Source: Rhizophagus irregularis
Taxonomy: Eukaryota
Length of the DNA stretch: 64,000 nucleotides
Assembly (NCBI RefSeq): GCF_026210795.1
Contig: NC_089433.1
Location: forward strand, 682,001 to 746,000
Direction: 5' to 3'
Made by a program: the position numbers and the translations under genes. Under the pieces are notes generated by a model. That model was not told the DNA's origin. It ran no database searches and saw only the letters and a program-made list of their open reading frames with translations. The first letter of the stretch is position 1, and each line of letters begins with the position of its first letter. This document shows, piece after piece, positions 11,011 to 22,560 of the stretch.

Positions 11011-13144
11011 GAAAAAAAGATTAAAAATTTCCAGACTATTTATTGTAAAGTGAGACTATGCAACTATTTCAATTTCACGCTGTTTACATTTAATAAAGTA
11101 AGATCCGGATTTATACCTACCTTCTATTTCTTTATCATCATGACTATACTTTTCGTCAAAATGACAAAATACTAATTAAATTTATTTTGACAGACGTAAT
11201 GTATTTTGACAGACGTAATTAATTCATAGTAATTTTATAATAAATAGTGAATTGGTCCGTTCGCCGAAATATGACGTAATTAATTAGCGGAGAAGTATAA
11301 TCATGACCTAAATTACATAATGGGCAGATGTAGTCCCCGCATGATGTCTCATCAGTCATCCCATAATAATCGAATTTTTCACTACTACCTTCTTTATATA
11401 GATTAGGATATTGATCCAATATTTTATTGCGAAAATAGGTGCGGTCATAAGTTGGCTTAGATTGAACTCACGCCTTTAATACATTTACTTGAGACATGCC
11501 TGATGAAATCATTTCCGATGGAGCATTTATCTTGATTTCTTTTTCATTCGATAAGAACTAACACTTAATGTAGTAAGAGCTCTTTATACCTCGGCCAACT
11601 ACCTTCCCTTTATTATGCTCTTTTTCACATCCAGAATATAAGCCTGAACTCTTAAATTCATATCTGTCATTATGTCTATCACTATTATATAAGGATAGGT
11701 AGGGATATTCTTTCAAAGTCACATTGATATAAGGAGCACGAGCATCATATGGGATGACCGATGAATTGACTGAAACTGAAGAATTAGTGGGTGTAATTGG
11801 AATTCTTACTTTAGATTTGGCAGGCGCAGTTGCATCACTAGTGATCATTTCTGAAGTCACGTGAGTGCGTGAATTTTTTCACGCAGTATTGTTTTAATAG
11901 TATCAATTTGCATGTCAGTTAATTTTGAGAGTTTATTTGTACTATACGATTTGATTCACATTATCTTATTTTCTCCAATCATATCGTTAAATAATATATA
12001 TATGGGCTTAGTTAGTTGAATTTTTTTGCGCAAGTTTACACGAGAGACTCCTGAAAGATGCTGTAGCATTTCATCATAAATCTGCCCACTCGCAAGTTCA
12101 TAGGTTTTTTTATTCGTAATAAATCCTTTCTTTAGGATTTCAGGCAAAATCTCATTATGTCTTTTTTCAAAATACCTTCTATAGCAATACCAGCTCATGA
12201 TTTCATCTTGTTTGGCTTGTATAGTCCTAATTTCAGTAAGTTTCATTTTTTCATATAGATAGGCTAATTTGATTGCAAACGATTGATCAATAGCAGTACT
12301 CTCCTCCACATTAACAACCTTAACACAATCTTCTTCTAAAGGTTCTATAAGCAATTCTTGTATCAAAGGCTGTATATCTATTTGAAGTGCTTTTATTTTA
12401 GCATTTTGTTCTGATAAGACAGGATTATTAGAGATAGGATGCGAACTTGTGGATAATTCTGACGAAAGGATAACAGAAGTACTAGGTAAATCCAAGTCTT
12501 GAAGCTTTTTTTCCTTATTTCTTTGCCTGATCTTATTACTAACCTTTTTCTTGTATTCTCCATCCAATCTCTCTATCCCCCAATAGAGCTTTCTCGAAAG
12601 AAATATCTTTAATAGAACACATATCCTGCAAATTAGTAATGTCTTGAGTTTGCTGTTTGATATCAGGATCAGATATTAAATCATTCTCAATGGAACTGAT
12701 TTTAAGGGGCAGGTGGTTTCTTCGAGAACGTAATCCTGAGTCATTTTGTGAGTTATTATGTAAAGTGCTATTTTTCAGATAAGAAATAGTAGGTTCTGCG
12801 AAGTGCCTTAATGGCAAGGCTTCTTGTTCTTTTATAATAAGTGCTTTAATCATATCAGAATTATGATTCAAGGGTTTAGTATCCTGTGAAGCTTTTATCT
12901 GAGAAATATCATTCCTTTCTTTGACTTTAGTAGCAGGACATTCAAGACAAACACTATGAATCATATATCTATCTGTAAGAATAGTAATATTTTTTTGTTG
13001 CGGATTTGTGAAAATAAGTTCATGACATTCTGAACATAAAAGCAATTCACGAATTCTTCCAGCTAAGATATCCCACACAGACGTATCTATATCTGGCCAT
13101 GATTCTTTAAAAGCATTTAATGTAGTATATATAATATAATTCAT
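11010..13144 (-). pseudogene. Multi-domain hypothetical gene (RING-like N-terminus, helical domain, two C-terminal Cys/His modules)
   Basis: ORFs 12539-13144 (CSECHE...HSVCLECP), 11956-12567, 11558-11860 and 11219-11419 form one chain via a frameshift, stops and a MITE. Repeated 'YPxL...CxxCxxxH...GR..SxYxIKC' modules are present. Confidence 0.55.
11145..11299. mobile_element. MITE with 8-bp TSD (hAT-like)
   Basis: Termini TATACTT...AAGTATA and a perfect TSD ATCATGAC (11137-11144 / 11300-11307). Removal restores CPLCNLGHDDKEIEGRYKSG. Confidence 0.82.
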
Positions 13145-13827
13145 TACTCACATTAGTGATGAATTTATTATATTTATGTTATGTCAAATAAAAAATCATA
13201 TAATTGTGTGAAAAAAAAATTCACGCACTTTTTGCCAAGAAAAGAGATTTTTATTAATACATGCAAAAAATAAATACATGATGGTTAATTAATCCGATAC
13301 ATGACGAAGTATCTATGCAGTAGTGCTCCTAACAGATCAGATCAGATCAGATTTTACTTAGATTCAATCTGATCTGAAATTAATTAAATCTGATCTGATC
13401 TGATCTGATCTGAATTAGATCGGTTTAAATTTAATCTAAATCTGATCTGATTTGAATCTGATTTGAATCTGAATAAATATATTATAAATTCTAAAGCTAT
13501 AATTTGTAAAGAAAATTATCATTTATCGCGTATGCGATTCATCGCTAGTATCCATTTGTCATGTGATATGTCACGTGATATGAAGTAATGATTATCAAAT
13601 CTCTTCCCACGCTTTCTTTTTATCCTTAAACTTTTTTTATACTTCCCACGAAACTTTTTTATCCTTCTCACGAAGCTTTTTTTCCCTCCTTTAGCATTTT
13701 AACCGACACAAGTATTTATAAAGTTATTTCATTCATTTTTACTCTTTTTATCTAACTATTCCTTATAAAAACACTGATATTTTTACCCATAACCTACTAC
13801 CTTAATTACAACAACACCACTTCTAAT

Positions 13828-16499
13828 ATGAATGTAAATGAACGAGCTTATACTGACGCTACTGACAGTACTGGCGATACTGATGAATCATCAAACTTAT
13901 TAGCAGCTGCAGGTATCTTTGCTATGAAATATGTTGTTTTGAATTCATGTTAGTATTAGAGTTAGGATTAGGGTTAGGGTTAGGGTTAGGGTCTGGTTAG
14001 GATTAGGGTTAGGGTCTGGTTAGAGGGTTAGGGTCTGGTTAGGGTTAGGGTTAGGATTAGTTAGGGTTAGGGTTTGGGTTAGAGAGGGTTACAGTTTAGT
14101 GTTAAGATTTCGTCATATTTACTAAAATTTTTATTGTTTATTTTGCGATTATATAATAGGTATTGATAGATTACTATTGCTTAATGAAAATAGTGATTCA
14201 GCTTTGTTTTCAGGAAAGAAATTTACTTCGTGGGATGAATGTGAAATGTTTTTAAATGAATGGGCAAAACAACAAGGCTTTCATTTAATAAAAGATCGTG
14301 TCACTCGTGATGATGGTGTTATTCGTCGAAGAACATTTATCTGCTCTCATGGACGTACTTATGAATCAAATTCATCAAGAAATACTGCTACAAAGAAATT
14401 AAATTGTCCCTTTTCCATTAATGTTTCATGTCCAAAAAACAAAAATCCCGAAGGTCTGATGTCTATAAATAAAATCAATGAAGATCATAATCATCCATTA
14501 AATAGGTCAATTATTGAATTTGAGGAATCAAAGAAATTTACTATGGAAATGATTGAAGACATTAAGTTTATGACCATTCACTGCAAGTTTGGTGCTACAT
14601 CTCAACGAAAGTTTCTTGAAGGGAAATTTCCTTCACACCCTATATTTTCGAAGGATCTTTATGCTACTATTAAAAAGTTTCGCCCAAATAGCAAATCTTT
14701 GTCAAATGATGCTGCTCAAATTTCTAATTGGCTTGATAATGAAAAAGAAAAAGATTCTCGATGGGTTGTGGTTCGGGGATGGGACGATGATAATACATTA
14801 ACATATTTATTCTGGATGACTCCAGTTCAAGTAGAAAATTGGGTATGTTATTCTGATTGTGTCATAAATGATATTACTCATAAGACAAACAGATACGGCA
14901 TGGCCTTATCATTAGTTGTTGGTTTTAATAATGATAGACGTAATGTTTTACTTGCGCAAGCTCTTCTACTAGATGAAAGTTTCGAATCTCATGTTTGGAT
15001 GTTTACCCAATTAACGAAATCAACTGGTATGCAGCCAATTGTTATAATAACTGATTCTGATTCAGCTGTTGATGCAGCTATTCGACAAACCCTTCCATCA
15101 AGTTATCCTATTCACTGTGCATACCATATTACACAAAATTTACATAAAAATCTCAGAAAATTGCTAGGCAATGATTATCAAGCATTCCTAACAGCATTCT
15201 ATAGTTGTAGAAATTGTATTGTGGAAAATGTTTTTGAGCAATGGTTCAACAACCTTTTACAAAATTATCCTAATGCTAAAACATATCTGGAATTTATTTA
15301 TAAAACAAAAATGTATTGGGCTCATTGTTATACTAAATTCAAGTTTACAGGAGGAATGATAGCCAGTTCTAGAGTTGAATCTGTAAATGGCTGTTTAAAA
15401 CGATTATTGCACAATTCCAACATACCATTATGCGATCTTGTAGCTGAAATTCAAAGACTACTTGATTTGCAAGACAAGGAAAATGAATATAATTTCTGGC
15501 GTTTATCGATTCCTACCATATGACATCAGAAAAATTCAAACTTTTTATTTTCTAAAATCGATCAAATTCTTCAACATTATCTTACTCCTACAATGTTAAA
15601 AATGCATCGTGATGAGATGAACCAATCGCTATATTATGTAGCAATGCTGGTTGAACGAAATTGTGAAGTAATGGAAGAAGAATTATTAACTAAAAATTCT
15701 GATGAAGCATCAGAAATTGATCTTCCACAGGCTACTTTAAAACAAATAATAAGTTATGTTGGTCTAAATAATGTTAAAGAAATTTGGGCTGTCAGTGTTG
15801 GTAATTCGTCAAAAGATCAAGCATTACATTTTATTATTACAAAATTGGGGATATATTTGTTCTTGTCTTTCAATTGTACAGAGTGGTATTATATGCAGAC
15901 ATTATTTTCAAGTGATGTTAACTACAAAAGAAGCAGTTTTTCATATTAGATTTATTCCAACGCGATGGTATAATGAAGACAGAAATGCTGTACAAGAATT
16001 ATTTATAACTGCTGATAAGTTTTTACAAGACAATCAAAAGATTGAATATAATACCGACGAATTTGTATCAAGTTTATGTTTATTTGATCAAAACAATAAT
16101 GATTATTGTGAGGAAAGATTAACAGTTCTTGAACAAAGAATTGTTTATGGTAAATTACATGGTGTATATAAGAAAGCCTTAAATAAGGCTTTACAAACAA
16201 CTTCTAAATCGGAACAGCTTATCAGTTTACTACAAGAATTTGCGGATGATAAAAATGATGATGATGAAACGGACTCTGAAGAATTTTATCAATATGATGA
16301 CACAAGTGACAAGGAGAATTTCGATCCATCAATACCATTGTTACAGAATCCAAAGAAACGGCGTGGAAAAGGAAGACCATTGGGTACGAAAAGGTTTAAG
16401 TCATCATGTGAAATATCTAGTTCTAAAACAAAAACACAACGTCGATGTAAAAAATGTGGGAAAGTTGGGCATTATCAAAAGAATTGCAAAGAACAATGA
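13828..16499 (+). pseudogene. FAR1/MULE (Mutator) transposase with SWIM finger, AT-hook-like motif and CCHC knuckle
   Basis: Exon 1 is 13828-13912 and the phase-1 intron is 13913-14159. It has a FAR1-like N-terminus, 'INDITHKTNRYGMAL', 'IITDSD', 'HCAYHI', 'SRVESVN', SWIM 'CSC...GIICRH', 'GRP' and 'CKKCGKVGHYQKNC'. One TGA lies at 15521 and one frameshift near 15815. Confidence 0.92.
13955..14100 (+). repeat. Interstitial telomeric (TTAGGG)n-like array inside the transposase intron
   Basis: Runs of TTAGGG with variants TCTGGT/TTAGGA. Confidence 0.92.
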
Positions 16500-17186
16500 A
16501 TAGATGACTAATTCATTAATATTATTATAATGTATAATTAATGTACTATTTGCTGTAATAATGTGTATAATAATATATTATTTTTTTTCGCTATGCTAAT
16601 AAATAATAATTGTTCGAACATGTAAATATATCAATCACGTGAAATTGTTTATCATGTGATATTTTGGGGTGTGGCGATATTTCGCTATGGCGATAAAAAA
16701 CAAAATCCATTTGTAAATATGTAATTCGGCCAGAATTATGCACTTAACTCCGGCAGGAATTATTGAATTTCCTAAAAAGGAAATTTAGGTTACACAAAAT
16801 GCCAAATTGGTTCCTATAAAAATTTTTTGTGGAACGGTTATCGCCAAAAAAGGAAATGATCGACATATCCGTTTTGACTGGAGTTTAAAATTATGAATTA
16901 ATTCCAGCCGGCATTATGAATTCGGCTGAAATTATTAGTAAAATCAAATCTGAGATTTGAATCAAATCTGTCAGATCAAATCTGATCAGATTCAGATTTT
17001 AAATAAGCCTAATCTGAATCTGATCTGATCTGATCTGATTTGATTTGAAGCTAATCTGATTTGTTCAGATCAAAAAAAAATTTGATCTGAATCTGAACAG
17101 CAGATTAAATTTATCTGATCTGATCTGAATCTGACAGATCAGATTCAGATCAAATCTGATCAGATCAGATTTTTTTCGGAGCACTA

Positions 17187-17490
17187 CTATGCAGGGTCTT
17201 GCCTCTTGCTAATATACAGTTACAGAGTAATGCTATACTTTTTTTTTGTTGCCTCTCCCTTTCAGCATGACGATAAATTTTTTTGGCATGCTTAAAGCAA
17301 TAGTCTGTATAAGATAATGTAGGTTTATCATATATTCTACATAGAAATTTTAGCATATTATTTGCACCTGATTTCCAGTGGAGCAAGCATCCCACCAAGC
17401 AAGTGCAAATACGGCCACAAACACTTCCATCTTTTTTAATGTGGGCAGGTAAAACGATCCATTTATTATATTCTTGCACCTTTCACATTA
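17187..17490 (-). pseudogene. Small Cys/His-rich protein whose 3' end is interrupted by the 3.9-kb transposon
   Basis: CGRIC...GCLLHW...C...KPTLSYTDYCFKH pattern; the frame runs into the TSD at 17187. Confidence 0.45.
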
Positions 17491-18313
17491 TAGAATTCGA
17501 ATTTCAAAATGGAAAAATCTGAATTGAACTTGGGTGGAAAAAAACAAAAAATATATACCACATCATATTACTTACATTTCTATGGATACACAAAAAACAG
17601 TACTCAATATTTTGTCAGACTGATAGATCAACCCAAAAGGAAAGCTATTCCAGAAGTTGATTCGTGAAGGTTATAAATATGCTGATAGACTTTCAGATTA
17701 TTTAGAAGATATTGGGACTATAAATATTGGTGAATTCGAATTAGAAGCCTTAATTGACTTCTACTATCCAGCCTTAATTCCACCTTTATCTGTCTTAGCA
17801 ACTAGAGCAGATATTCGTAAAAACTTTCCTATTAGTGTAGAATTTGCTGTCATAGGAGGAGCGAGTCTATTTACTCTCAAAAAAAATAAATGATCTTTGC
17901 TTCAAAATCTAATCCAAATAAATTATTCCAGTGATAACTTGACTATGCTAATAGGAATAACTTGAAAGCATAAAGAATTGAAAGCTTGGAGAAACGACGT
18001 GCTTATGAAATTCCTTCATCATTCGAATTTAGCTCCTTCAAAGCATAGACCAGATGCATTATATGATGTATTTACCAAGACTAGTGTTTTAGGATCAGAA
18101 CATATATTAGCTCTAGCATGAGCATTTTATTAAGGCGTGATTATGATATAAATAAATTGTTTATAACCCTGAAATGGCAGTTCAATGACTATATATTTTT
18201 TCGCTTATAGTCATATATACCTGCAAAATTCAATTTTTTTTTATTAATATATAAATTAATACAAATGTTCAGGACGTAGCCTGTGATATATGACATCTAT
18301 CTAATATACATAA

Positions 18314-19893
18314 TTATTTTTTCTTAACTATCTCTTTTATATGGCGCTTCTTAGTTGCGAGTTCCTCACTACCTACTGCTCTATCCTTTAATAATCCTAC
18401 GATCACTTCTAAAACCCTCTTCACATTTTTACGCAATTCTGTATCATCTTTGAGAGCGTTTTCTGTAAGTGAAATTCGATACTCAGTCCTGCTCGTACTA
18501 TAGATGCCTTCAGTGCTATGCAGAATGAAGTACCAGTCTGTCTCAGTACTGACTATACCATAGACATAGTCATAGTCAGGATCGAATGCCTCATCAACCT
18601 TCCATTTTTTCTTGTTCATAATTATATTCATCTAGAGGGAAATAGAAAAGTAAGTTAGCAATAGATACCCATAGTTGCTTGATTCTGTTTGCCTTCGGTT
18701 ATGCAAATTATTTCCTTCAATAACTCGCTGATAATTTTTTTGATGGTATAGTCGACACGGCCTGTGTTTTCTTCACCAATTATATTTGCCTGAGGTGTGA
18801 TTACCAAGTCATCGAGAATACTTACAGCCGTATGTAAGATCGTTGAAATATACTTGCACTACATAGATTTGTTACTATTTACAACTGGTCCCATATTTTT
18901 TATTCTACGAAGGATATTATCAATGCATAGCTTAAATTTAGGAGTGCTTTCATTAATAGTGTGGGTGGCTATATTATGATATGTGAGCTCGAAATATATA
19001 AAAGAATCCTTTAATCTGATATTACTTACGTGGAATGAACTGTGGAATGCAAGTTATATCTCCGCTAACAATCCCATACTTGCACAACATTTCATTCAAC
19101 TCTTTCTTAGTTTTATATGAGGAGAATGACCTTAACTTTTTCTCCTTATATTCCTTGGCAAAGTCCACAAGAGCTGTTACAGGTCCTAATTTCATTCCAT
19201 GACACTCAAGCTTTTCTTTGGTTACTTTGAAAAAGGTACGGCCATTAATCTCTTCATTTTCTAATATTTTAAGAGCTAACTCGCTAAGTCCTAAATCCTT
19301 CCCTATAAAAAGTATTATACTTAAAATATACTTAAAATATATTTAAAATATACTTAATTTAAAAATTGCAAAATACTTATAATGTATTTTTAATATATCT
19401 AAAATATACTTAAAATTATCTTAAAATAACTGTCTAATATATTTAATTATTATAAGTATATTTTTTACATACTTAAAATATACTTAAAATATATTATGAA
19501 ATATATTATAAGAATATTTTAAGTATGTAAAAAATATATCTATAATATACTTAAATTTTAATTTAAATATAATTTAAGTATATTTTAAGTATTTGGGCAA
19601 AAATTAAATATATTAGAAATATATTTTAAGATAATTTTAAATACATTTTAAGTATATTATAAGTATTTCGCAATTTTTAAATTAAATATATTTTAAGTAT
19701 ATTTTAAATATATTTTAAAAAGTTTTTAATTATATTTTAAATATAAATACTTTTTATAGGGCTTCTGTCCCTGCAAATATTCTATAAGCTTGGCTGTGTC
19801 ATATTTTTTAATTTCGTTCACCAACGAGACTGTCTCATTTCAAGCAACAGTGGAGGTGGAAGCTGGAGTATAAGGTGTACTAGTTTCAGACAT
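18314..19893 (-). pseudogene. SAM-like N-terminus plus PD-(D/E)xK REase-like domain (Crinkler-associated family)
   Basis: 'KLIEYL...ILENEEINGRTF...MKLGP', 'TGRVDYTIK...ICITEGKQ' and 'YVYGIVSTETDWYF...KRVLEVIVGLLKDR'. Introns are likely, and it is disrupted by stops and a MITE. Confidence 0.65.
19301..19761. mobile_element. CMC/EnSpm-like MITE with CCC termini
   Basis: TIR CCCTATAAAAAGTAT...ATACTTTTTATAGGG, 3-bp TSD CTT and internal AAAATATACTT repeats in inverted arrangement. Confidence 0.88.
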
Positions 19894-20198
19894 AGTGTTA
19901 CGTTTTTATAGTAATAATAGGCTCAGATAAAAAAATAGTGTTACGTTCTGGAGTGAGATAAAAATTTATTCTGTTCAGAAAAGAAAATATTAGGCGTTAA
20001 TATAGGTTTTTATGTAGTACAGGCATTGCATCATTATACATGATCCGTTTCTCATATACGTTCGTTAAAATAATAATACTTTATTTATGAAATAAAAAAT
20101 ATTGGCAGAAGGGCCCTAAAGGGACCAAACTGGCTTACAATACATAAAAATTGTGACTGTATCGCTATTACATGATAATGAAATATAGATAAAAAAAT

Positions 20199-20649
20199 CT
20201 AATTATCTTTGCTTAGTACTTCCAGCACCCTTTCAGCAGAAGGGTATACGATAACATTAATTCCCTTTTCACCACCAAAGATACATTGGGGTTGTATAGG
20301 AAAATGAGTAAAAATTGTGTCTTGCAATTCCATTCTTATTGCACTTTACTCAACTTTTCGCTGATTTATTTAAGCTGTTGATTATGACACTATCAGCTAT
20401 AAATGTGACCCTATATAAAGCCAAATTGGTCGAATCTATATCTTGAAATCGATCTAGACAATAAGTTCTGATTGCCTTCACGAGAGAAGAGACTTTATTA
20501 TTGTTAGCGTTAGATATCGTTACTTCAAAAATATCATTTACTCCCTCATCAGAAATGAGACAGTTGAGAGTAATATCCCCACCAGCGAGAAACTTGTCAA
20601 GCTTGTCAGGAGTCTTAGTCTTATCAGATTCCTTGGTTTTATTAGACAT
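20199..20649 (-). pseudogene. Stand-alone Crinkler N-terminal (ubiquitin-like) domain
   Basis: 'ITLNCLI...DIFEVTI...VSSLVKAI...FQDIDSTNLALYRV', then after a frameshift 'IFTHFP...GINVIV', matching the CRN header pattern. Confidence 0.65.
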
Positions 20650-20699
20650 CTTGCTTTCCTAAATACAAGGCCCATGGTGAGAAAAAACTTGCTTGGTCT

Positions 20700-22560
20700 C
20701 AGAAGGACCCTCGCATACATATATAATTAAGGGCATATGCTTACCTTATTTTACGTTAGCTATGCTATTGAAACTATTTTCTCTGGAAAAGTTATTTGCA
20801 GAAAGTTGGCTGAACTTTTACATATTTCTACATACTTTATATCTTGCTGGGAAAAGTTAGGGAGGTATGAGGTGTAATTAGCATTGTCGTATGATGCCAA
20901 GAGCTCTTTGAAAGCACATGCAAATGGAATTCTCTTACCTTTTTACATGTAAATCTAATGGAGAGACACATAGTTAGTTTTACGCCTGGTGATCTTGAAA
21001 TTGTGAGTCCCTTAGCCTTTCATAACATATGCTTTTGCCGTCAGTATTTACTTTTAGAGTAGATCCTGTGTTGCAACTAGACCTCCCTTCACATTTTCTC
21101 ACATTTATTTGGGAAAAAAATAAGAATAGGAAGTTTATATAATTTCTTTTCGCTTGATATGTGAGAAATTCTCCTGTCACACAAACCTGCTCATGTGATT
21201 ATTTATTTTATCGCACAATTTGGCCGAAGGCACAGTGCATAGTTCAGCAATTCTTCCGAGATGATAATCATTTCTCTGGACTAGCATTAATCGATCTGCT
21301 TGGTAAATTGGAATCAGAAATATTAAACATTTTACTAACATCGCTTTTAAACAATTTTACAAGGTTTTCTAGTCCCTCCAAATTTTTCTCAAATACTTTG
21401 GTTAGCTCCTCCAGATCGCTAGGTTAATTATTGGATAAATCTTTTTTACTTGGTCCCTCTAAGATCCTTTTGGTTTGGCGCTCGCTTTCCATTCTTACCT
21501 TTGGTACTGCAGAAGTTAGTCTAATTATTGGGAAGAAAAAATAAAATTGTGCAATATTTAGTTAATCACTACTCTGGACTGGTTCAGGTTCTCAGATATT
21601 TGCACAGTTCGGGATAATCAAATACGCTAACAATCCTGTCTTCCTTTATATTCTTGACAGTGATAAAGCCAGTTGCCTTATCATATATGTACTCATATTT
21701 GGCTGGATTGCATAATGGCAAATACTGCGTGGGATTATTAGTAAACTTACCTGCGGTCTTGCGCCTATTATTTCTTGATTTCTTATCCATTATTAGATAA
21801 TTTGGCTGATTCAATTATTTCTACAAGCTTGGGTTGGATTCCTTTTAGGTTTCACCTCCTTATTACCAGATTTTTTCTTCCCACACTTTACTTTGCGAAT
21901 CCTCTTCAGCTGAACTTGACTCAGATGAATCTGTTAGTTCTTTGCCAGCCTCTAGGCCAGTTTGTTCTTCTATATAATTTCCTATCTAGTCTACAGATCT
22001 TTCAAGCTTTTTGAAACGAGAATGATGATCACGTAATTTTTTCTTCAGCATTATTATATGCATAACAAGAGAATTAATCACTTCTGCATTCTGCCCATCT
22101 GCTTCAAATACCTTTTTTAATTTCTTCATTTGTTCACATGGTATGCTATTATTTGATGAATGCTTGGTTCTGAAGACATCATTTCGTCTAACTACCATCT
22201 TTTCTATAACTAAATATTTATTGTCACAGAAAAAAAATAAAAGCTGAATTTATCAATCTGCAGGAGAGGACCTATCTGAAAAAATAACTGATTAATTATC
22301 ACTGGATTGTATTTCTTTTCCTAAATGAATATAAGAAATAGAATTGTACATTTCATCTATATCACTTCTTAATATTTTTTTGAAATCTTAGGGTGCCATA
22401 GCATTATATAGATAATAGATTTCTCGGGCAATTGTTTTAAGATTTTGATGTATTTTAGTTACATCACGTTCCAGCGCTATAATAGACTCTTTGATATTCA
22501 CAATAGTGTATATCTTTTCTTTTTCCGAATCTATGTAATATTTTTTAGAAGGCATTTTTA
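20700..22560 (-). pseudogene. Cluster of short, decayed, tightly packed hypothetical ORFs
   Basis: Minus-strand ORF pieces 21986-22198, 21584-21814 and 20980-21180 with short AT-rich spacers; no domain recognised. Confidence 0.3.

Larger units (their letters stand above)
13321..17186 (+). mobile_element. 3.9-kb TIR transposon carrying a MULE-type transposase
   Basis: TIR TAGTGCTCC...GGAGCACTA, perfect 8-bp TSD CTATGCAG (13313-13320 / 17187-17194) and ATCTG/CAGAT pentamer arrays at both ends. Confidence 0.93.

Noticed and set aside
13955..14100. True telomere or chromosome-fusion scar
   Set aside because: The tract is short, single-orientation and inside a TSD-flanked transposon intron.
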